Shown here one piece after another: positions 7,325-11,825 of a DNA stretch of 11,825 bases (positions are counted from its first letter, which is position 1; the number at the start of each line of letters is the position of its first letter). A model generated the notes under the pieces. That model saw only the letters and a program-made list of their open reading frames with translations. It was not told the DNA's origin and did no database searches. The position numbers and the translations under genes were made by a program. Location: NCBI GenBank assembly GCA_041736175.1, contig JBGSUI010000025.1:1-11825 (forward strand), read 5' to 3'. This stretch comes from Oligoflexales bacterium. Its GTDB lineage: Bacteria > Bdellovibrionota_B > Oligoflexia > Oligoflexales > CAIYRB01.

Positions 7325-8305
7325 ATGGAGCGCCCATCCCCAAACCACCTTGGGAACCCCTTAGACCAAAGATCCGTCGAAACCCGACTGCTTCGTTGGT
7401 TTGTGTTGGCCTCCGTGCTTGTCCATGGGGTGGTCTTTGTGCTATCGGCTCTGAAGTTTGCCCCCCGTGTCCCTATCATCACCGACGAGTGGAGTATGGA
7501 TGCGGATATCGTCACCGATGCTCCCATCACCACGGTCCCTGTAGCCAATATACCCACGGCCACCGTCGCCCCTGAGGTTAAAGTTTCCCAGCAGCTATTG
7601 CCCCAGCTCCCGAAACATATCGTCCCCGAGGCCACCCCTCCTCAGGAAGAACCTGTGCCTACGCCCAAAGAGCCTGAAACCAAAACTCCTGAACCCAAGG
7701 AGCCGGAACCCAAGGAGCCGGAAAAACCAAAGATCGTGCCCCCACCCGAGGCTATTCCTCCTCCACCCGAAACTCCAAAAAAACCCCCGGAAGAAGCCCC
7801 AAAGGAAACTCCACCCCCCATACCGGTTCCCGAAGATCCGGAAAAACAGCAAATGGACGCCCAGGAACTGGCGAAACGCAAGGCCATTGAAGCCCTGCAA
7901 AAAGCCGGGAAAACAGCTCCCACCGCCGAGGCTCCCCAGGCACAAAGCAAACTCGAAGAGATTATTGCCGCGGCAAACAAAGCGGGAGGCGTCCCCATCC
8001 AAGCAGCAGGCCCTGCCGGTGCCAGCTCAGGCGACACCAAAGGTTATCTGTCGGTCTTTAAAAAAATGGTCAAGCTGCGCTACCATCTTCCTGACGTCTA
8101 CAACTATTCCCAAACCAAAATAGAGGTTATTTTCCATATGACCCTTTCGGAAAAAGGCGACGTCGTCCAGCTTAACATCGCCAAGAGTTCGGGGGACCCG
8201 GTGTACGACGATCTGACCCGTGAGGCCATCAAATCAGCAGCGCCTTTTCCACCGCCTCCGGCGGAGCTCGTGGGAGTGGAGATCCCGGTTCAGTTTACCC
8301 CCTAG
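7325..8305 (+). CDS. tolA: TolA/TonB-like energy transducer with proline-rich linker
   Basis: TM helix with SxxxH (ASVLVHG), long P/E/K-rich linker, and a C-terminal TonB/TolA domain (KSSGDPVYDDLTREAIKSAAPFPPPP). Lies between tolR and tolB; ATG 7325 follows AAAGGA. Confidence 0.85.
   Translation: MERPSPNHLGNPLDQRSVETRLLRWFVLASVLVHGVVFVLSALKFAPRVPIITDEWSMDADIVTDAPITTVPVANIPTATVAPEVKVSQQLLPQLPKHIVPEATPPQEEPVPTPKEPETKTPEPKEPEPKEPEKPKIVPPPEAIPPPPETPKKPPEEAPKETPPPIPVPEDPEKQQMDAQELAKRKAIEALQKAGKTAPTAEAPQAQSKLEEIIAAANKAGGVPIQAAGPAGASSGDTKGYLSVFKKMVKLRYHLPDVYNYSQTKIEVIFHMTLSEKGDVVQLNIAKSSGDPVYDDLTREAIKSAAPFPPPPAELVGVEIPVQFTP
7691..7723 (+). repeat. 15-bp perfect tandem repeat encoding EPKEP in the TolA linker
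   Basis: GAACCCAAGGAGCCG twice (7691-7705, 7706-7720), then GAA. Confidence 0.85.
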
Positions 8306-8399
8306 TCCTATAATGTTTCCTTGCCGACCGCGTCGAAACCTGCGACAAGACCTAGACACCCCCCGTCAGCGGGATGTCCACTGCCTACGGAGAGCCTCG

Positions 8400-9875
8400 A
8401 TGTTAGACCCCTTGTTTTTCGTTTTTAAAAGTAACCTATATAGAATGCGACACCTCCTTTGGGGTGCCTTCTTTGCATTGGCCAGCGTCGCCTTGTGGTC
8501 CCTGCCTAGCTCACCAACCCAGGCCCAATCGGGGCCTTCCTCTTCCCTTATGGTCAATATCGACCATCCTAATTTTCGCAAACTCATCATGGCTGTTCCT
8601 GGCATCACCGTCGGGGCCGCACCAGGAGCGCCTGCGGGACAAGCAGGCCCGTGGGCCGACCAGACCACCCAAGAGCTCCGCCGGTTGCTTAACTTTTCGG
8701 GACACTTTAACGTCTCCACCCTGACGACAGGCGCCACACCCGGCACGCCCACCACCGGTGATCTGGCCGGCGTGGACGTGGTCCAATGGCGGGCCCTCGG
8801 GGTCGAGGGCTTAGTCGTGGGGCAGTGGATCCCCGACGGATCCCAGTGGTCTCTAGAAATGCGGGCGGTGGATATCCGTCAGGGAAAACTTCTGGTCAGC
8901 AAAAAATACAACAAGATGACGAGCAGCGTGATCAAAGAGCGGGTGGCTCATTTCGTCGACAAAATTCTCGAAGCTTACACTGGAAAACCCGGGATTTTTA
9001 ACACCCGTCTGGTCTTTGTGGGACGCAAAAACAAGGGCGACTCCAAACAGATCTATGTGAGTCTCTTTGACGGCAGTGGAGCCTATCCTATCACCTCAGA
9101 TCCTTCTCCCCATCTATCGCCTTCATGGAGTCGGGACGGGCGTTATATCACCTACACTTCTTACGAAGACAAAAACCCGGATTTATTTATATACGATACC
9201 CAGACTAAGAAAAAACGCAAACTATCGGGCCGCAAGGGCCTTAATAGCGGCGCTAACTGGTCAAACAGTAATCAATTGATAGCCTACACCGGCTCCGTTG
9301 ATGGTGACGCCGACATCTATCTTGTGACACCGAGCGGCGACCAACAACGAGTCCTTATCCGGGGCTCGGGTCTCGACGTAGATCCGATGTTTTCTCCTAA
9401 CGGCAAATGGCTGGCTTTTGTCTCAGGGCGGTTTGGCAATCCCCATATCTTTCGTGGCGAACTCCAATGGGACGGCGACAGCAAAGTCCGGGTGCTGAGC
9501 GACAAAAGACTAACCTTTGCTGGCTGGTATAACGCCACGCCAACCTGGTCGCCGGATTCAGAAAAAATAGTTTTTTCGGGCTATGACAAGGAGATCAACC
9601 GATTTGACCTTTTTATGATGAATCCCGACGGCACCCAACTGGAACGCTTGACCCTTCGGTCGGGAGATAACGAGCGGCCTAGTTTTGCACCTAATGGCCA
9701 GCTGATCGTCTTTCATTCCAGCCGAGGACCTAACCGCGAGGATATCAAGGGCACAGCTCAGCTCTATTTGATGAACCGCGATGGCTCCAATCAAATCAAG
9801 CTTGAGACGGGACTTTTTGAGGCCCAGACCCCCCAGTGGAGTCCATCACTACCTGTGGACGAATCTAAATTTTAA
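8400..9875 (+). CDS. tolB: TolB periplasmic beta-propeller protein
   Basis: Signal peptide, TolB_N domain (L.FSGHF, WRALG, YTGKPGIFNTRLVFV), then PD40 repeats (SPSWSRDG, PMFSPNG, PTWSPDS, PSFAPNG). ATG 8400 has GGAG 7 nt upstream; alternative ATG at 8445. Confidence 0.93.
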   Translation: MLDPLFFVFKSNLYRMRHLLWGAFFALASVALWSLPSSPTQAQSGPSSSLMVNIDHPNFRKLIMAVPGITVGAAPGAPAGQAGPWADQTTQELRRLLNFSGHFNVSTLTTGATPGTPTTGDLAGVDVVQWRALGVEGLVVGQWIPDGSQWSLEMRAVDIRQGKLLVSKKYNKMTSSVIKERVAHFVDKILEAYTGKPGIFNTRLVFVGRKNKGDSKQIYVSLFDGSGAYPITSDPSPHLSPSWSRDGRYITYTSYEDKNPDLFIYDTQTKKKRKLSGRKGLNSGANWSNSNQLIAYTGSVDGDADIYLVTPSGDQQRVLIRGSGLDVDPMFSPNGKWLAFVSGRFGNPHIFRGELQWDGDSKVRVLSDKRLTFAGWYNATPTWSPDSEKIVFSGYDKEINRFDLFMMNPDGTQLERLTLRSGDNERPSFAPNGQLIVFHSSRGPNREDIKGTAQLYLMNRDGSNQIKLETGLFEAQTPQWSPSLPVDESKF

Positions 9876-9899
9876 AAAAAAGTCACCTGTCAGGACATC

Positions 9900-10844
9900 A
9901 TGGAATTTATACATTCTCTCTCGCAGTTTCCCTTGATCGGCGAGGCTGCATCTCTGCTTGCCGCGCTCACCTGGGCCTTTTCCATGATTCTCTATACGGG
10001 ACCGGCCAGTAAGCTGGCCCCTAACGGGCTTAACCTCTACAAAAATCTGATTGCTCTCGGACTGCTGTGTCTCTTGGTCTTGGTCCTAAGTCCTCCATGG
10101 CCCCAAGACTTGGGGGCTTTGGGCGTCTTGGCCCTGTCGGGACTGATCGGGATCACCCTTGGAGACTCAGCTTTTTTTGCGGCCCTGAGACACCTAGGTG
10201 CCCAGCTCACCTCGGTTCTCCAGTGTCTAGCCCCTCCCCTATCGGCGCTCCTCGCCATGGCTTTTTACGGCGAAACCCTCTCTCTAACCCAAACCGCTGG
10301 GATGCTCCTTACAACGGCTGCCGTCACGGGCATCATCCTCAGCCGCCACCGGCAAAGCCAACAACAAATTCCCCGGACCTCCCAAAGCTTTTTTTCGGGC
10401 TTCTCCGGCCTAGGAAAGATCCCGGGACTCACCTGGGCCCTCGTCGCCGCCCTCTGCCAAGCCCTGGGAATCGTGATCGCTCGCCAGGCACTCCAGACCG
10501 TGGATAGCACACTCGGGACTCTGTTTCGCATCTTACCAGCCGTCTTAGGTTTAGCGGTCTACTCTATCTTTCGCGAAAAAGGTGCAGACATCAGGCCGAT
10601 CTTTGCAAATCCCAAACTGGCCCGTCGGCTGGCTCTTGCTGCGCTGGTCGGAAGTTTTCTCGGCTTGATTTTGATGTCTGTGGGGGCCAAATATGCCAAA
10701 ACCGGAATCTCTCTGGCCCTGAGCTCCACCTACCCCCTATGGGTGATCCCCTTGGCCAGGATCTATCTTAAAGAACCGGGCGATCCAAAGTCCTATGCTT
10801 GGACCGTGCTGGCTATACTTGGGATCGTGGTCATGATGGTCTAG
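9900..10844 (+). CDS. EamA/DMT family transporter
   Basis: Two EamA-like halves (GEAASLLAALTWA, LSGLIGITLGDSAFF.AL..LG, LSSTYPLWVIPLA..YLKE) with ~10 hydrophobic segments. SD AGGA. Confidence 0.9.
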   Translation: MEFIHSLSQFPLIGEAASLLAALTWAFSMILYTGPASKLAPNGLNLYKNLIALGLLCLLVLVLSPPWPQDLGALGVLALSGLIGITLGDSAFFAALRHLGAQLTSVLQCLAPPLSALLAMAFYGETLSLTQTAGMLLTTAAVTGIILSRHRQSQQQIPRTSQSFFSGFSGLGKIPGLTWALVAALCQALGIVIARQALQTVDSTLGTLFRILPAVLGLAVYSIFREKGADIRPIFANPKLARRLALAALVGSFLGLILMSVGAKYAKTGISLALSSTYPLWVIPLARIYLKEPGDPKSYAWTVLAILGIVVMMV

Positions 10845-10900
10845 ATCTAAGGTGCCGCTTCTCGCCTTTGGCTGCTCGATCGAACATGGTATAAATCATT

Positions 10901-11427
10901 TTAAAATATTTGATGGTTGTTTTCTGCAATCCATGACCTTACGATCCGATGCATCTCAGTGACCAAATACAATGGAAGCGAAACAAGAGTAACATTTCGT
11001 ATGTCCTTGGTGACCTTTTTACTTGCAAACGCTTCCTTCTGAACGCTAGGAAGGTTTGTATCACAACGTAATGCTACTTCGGTGGAGTGCATGGCGCAGA
11101 ATTCTGATAAAGAGCGAAGACGACCGGTTTTTCCGGATTTCACTTCAATCGGGATGACATGAGGACCGTGCGCCACTACAAAATCGATTTCGGCATTCTG
11201 AGCCTTACGCTCCCGGAGCCAGTAGTGTGTGCGCACAAGCTCCTCACCATCACTTCGCGTCAAAAGAGACTGAGCAACCATCTGTTCTGCTAGCGCTCCT
11301 TGATTTACTAACTTGATAACATCCCAGCCTTTGATATCGGTAAGTCGCAATCCTAGACTGGCGAGATAAACCCCCTGATCAAGATAATAAATCTTCCGAG
11401 TATCTGGGTCTTCGCCCGCATTAAGGG
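10901..11427 (-). pseudogene. 3' fragment of an AAA_14/DUF4143-family ATPase gene, interrupted by an IS607 element
   Basis: The frame extends upstream of the ORF-track start: LNAGEDPDTRKIYYLDQGVYLASLGL...NQGALAEQMVAQ...YWLRERKAQNAEIDFVV...IPIEVKSG...SLPLYL. These are DUF4143 C-terminal motifs. No Walker A/B region precedes the in-frame stop at 11474-11476. Confidence 0.8.
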
Positions 11428-11459
11428 CTCGAAGCTGCTCATAAAAATCTAGATTTATC

Positions 11460-11488
11460 TTGACAAACCTATGCTATTTGCATAGGGT
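11460..11488 (+). promoter_or_regulatory. tnpA promoter with overlapping inverted repeat; probably a leaderless transcript
   Basis: TTGACA (11460-11465)-N17-TAGGGT (11483-11488). The ATG lies 7 nt after the -10 with no SD. IR CCTATGC-TATTT-GCATAGG at 11468-11486. Confidence 0.65.
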
Positions 11489-11495
11489 TCACTCC

Positions 11496-11825
11496 ATGAA
11501 ACTTAAGCTTACAGAAGCAGCAAAAAATATAGGCGTCCACCCAGATAACCTTAGGCGCTGGGCCAATGACGGAAAAGTCAAGATATCCGGAAAGACGCCC
11601 GGTGGCCAAAGACTTTTTGATCTGTCTGAAATTTCGGCCATGATAACGTCGCCTACGAAAAGACCACTGCAGGTCAAGCCGATAAAGCCTACGATCGCCT
11701 ATGCGAGAGTCAGTTCCTATGACCAAAAAAAAGATCTTGAGAGACAAGTTGAACAGCTTTCACTTTTTTGTTCGGCAAATGGATGGGAACATAGGATTAT
11801 CGAGGACCTTGGTTCAGGTATGAAC
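11496..11825 (+). CDS. tnpA: IS607-family transposase TnpA (MerR-like HTH plus serine recombinase), 3' end outside window
   Basis: Manual translation: MKLKLTEAAKNIGVHPDNLRRWANDGKVKISGKTPGGQRLFD...TIAYARVSSYDQKKDLERQVEQL...GWEHRIIEDLGSGMN. An N-terminal HTH ahead of the catalytic YARVSS is the IS607 domain order. Absent from the ORF track. Confidence 0.95.
   Translation, partial: MKLKLTEAAKNIGVHPDNLRRWANDGKVKISGKTPGGQRLFDLSEISAMITSPTKRPLQVKPIKPTIAYARVSSYDQKKDLERQVEQLSLFCSANGWEHRIIEDLGSGMN

Larger units (their letters stand above)
11428..11825 (+). mobile_element. IS607-family insertion sequence, left end (continues beyond window)
   Basis: An AT-rich ~68-nt end region with a promoter, followed by tnpA. 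The boundary is inferred from loss of DUF4143-like sequence just after GGG at 11425-11427. Confidence 0.8.

Noticed and set aside
8220..8399. N-terminal extension of TolB given in the ORF track (likewise 7214-7324 for TolA)
   Set aside because: These overlap the upstream genes and precede better SD-associated ATGs and the signal/TM segments.
11428..11495. IStron (group I intron fused to IS607)
   Set aside because: Only ~68 nt lie between the inferred end and tnpA, too short for a group I ribozyme core. The interrupted gene is also on the opposite strand.
11469..11747. Minus-strand ORFs of 92 and 62 aa
   Set aside because: They are antisense shadows of the clearly coding tnpA.

Overview
Bacterial chromosomal window; the gene style suggests a delta-proteobacterium or Bdellovibrionota/Oligoflexia-like organism (inference only). 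Left to right: the 3' end of an RCC1-repeat beta-propeller gene built from 150-bp tandem units; a hairpin-rich intergenic region; a minus-strand nitronate monooxygenase-family gene and gamma-glutamyltransferase (ggt); a ~2-kb cluster of toxin-antitoxin modules (Phd/YefM-VapC, RHH-VapC, and an MNT nucleotidyltransferase followed by a 25-codon stub of a probable HEPN toxin); a tolQ-tolR-tolA-tolB operon followed by an EamA/DMT transporter rather than pal; the C-terminal remnant of an AAA_14/DUF4143-type ATPase gene; and the left end plus 5' part of tnpA of an IS607-family element that appears to have interrupted it. The ORF track misses both tnpA and the HEPN stub. I see no clearly novel multi-gene system. 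The best leads are the IS607 insertion junction, the orphaned MNT with its truncated HEPN, the TA cluster abutting ggt, and the structured 375-641 intergenic region.
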